Shown piece by piece: positions 63,059 through 64,000 of a DNA stretch of 64,000 nt. Below the pieces are notes generated by a model, which was given only the letters and a program-made list of their open reading frames with translations, ran no database searches and was not told the origin of the DNA. The stretch lies in NCBI RefSeq assembly GCF_009914755.1, contig NC_060946.1; one strand, given 5' to 3'. The DNA comes from the human T2T-CHM13v2.0 reference genome, Homo sapiens. Each line of letters begins with the position of its first letter. Within the stretch, counting starts at the first letter, position 1. The position numbers and the translations under genes are program-made.

Positions 63059-63348
63059 TTTTTTTTTTTGAGACAGGGTCTTGCTTTGTCGCCCAGGCTG
63101 GAGTGGTGGCACGATCTCGGCTCACTGCAAGCTCTGCCTCCCGGGTTCACACCATTCTCCTGCCTCAGCCTCCTGAGTAGCTGGGACTACAGGTGCCTGC
63201 CACCATACCTGGCTGATTTTTTTGTATTTTTAGTAGAGACGGGGTTTCACTGTGTTAGCCAGGATAGTCTCGATCTCCTGACCTCATGATCCGCCCGCCT
63301 CAGCCTCCCAAAGTGCTGGGATTACAGGCATGAGCCACCATGCCCTGT
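63059..63348 (-). mobile_element. AluY
   Basis: 'cactgcaagctctgcctcccgggttcacaccattctcc', 'gtgttagccaggat'; 17-bp TSD ctgcttgtagtattttt. Confidence 0.95.
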
Positions 63349-63497
63349 CTGCTTGTAGTATTTTTGAAATAATTTGTAAAAGCTCTCCTGTTTTTGTAGT
63401 TAAAAGACTTATGCTGTATAACTCTCCCTTCTCACTCCCTTTCTCCATTTTTTTCTTAATCAGACTTGCTAGAGGCTTTATTTATTTAAAAAGTATG

Positions 63498-63779
63498 TTT
63501 TGTTTTGTTTGTCTTTGAGACAGGGTCTGGCTCTGTTGCCCAGGCTGGAGTGCAGTGGCATGATCTTGGCTCACTGCAAGCTTTGCTTCACAGGCTGAAG
63601 CCAACTGAGTGGCTGGGACTACAGGCACATGCCACACCCGGCTAACTTTGTATTCTTTTTGTAGAGATGGGGTTTCACTATGTTGCCCAGGCTGGTCCTG
63701 AACTCCTGAGCTCAAGTGACCAGCCTGCCTCGGCCTCCCAGAGTGCTGGGATTACAGGTGTGAGCCACCGCTCCTGACC
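63498..63779 (-). mobile_element. AluJ with short internal deletion
   Basis: 'cactatgttgcccaggctggtc..gaactcctgagctcaag'; the 'tcctgcctcagcctcc' segment is missing. Confidence 0.92.
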
Positions 63780-64000
63780 AAAAGTATTTTTTGTGCTTGT
63801 GGATATTCTCCATTGTTCCAATGTCTTGGGGTCAGAGTGTTGGCAATTGTCTTGCTGGTAGCCAGATTTGAGGATGACGAGTTTGCCCAAGGGAGACAAT
63901 ATTATAGTAAACAGTAATTGCGTGGCATCATTAAGTCCTTAAGGACAGGAATGGGGCATTATTCATCCTTTGATCTTCAGTATCCAGCACATGTAGAGAG

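Overview
Primate genomic DNA, most likely human or another ape (AluJ/S/Y, L1PA3-like, LTR12 and MADE1 elements are present). No protein-coding gene, RNA gene or CpG island can be supported, so the window looks intergenic or deep-intronic. Every longer ORF in the track is explained by Alu, L1, LTR or low-complexity sequence, or is chance. Bases ~1-45,500 are MIR/L2-rich with scattered Alus, MaLR/ERVL LTRs, hAT elements and a few repeat-free, AT-rich islands that resemble developmental enhancers. Bases ~45,700-64,000 are almost entirely old antisense L1 with nested younger insertions. I found no new gene system. The most notable structures are local copy events that repeat labels do not explain: a ~276 bp inverted duplication interleaved with two head-truncated Alus just downstream of a solo LTR12 promoter (41.2-42.9 kb), a ~170 bp direct duplication inside a rearranged hAT element (16.75/18.4 kb), and a ~125 bp inverted duplication around a polypurine tract (21.1/22.3 kb). 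Subfamily names come from recalled consensus sequences and identities were estimated by eye, so both need computational confirmation.
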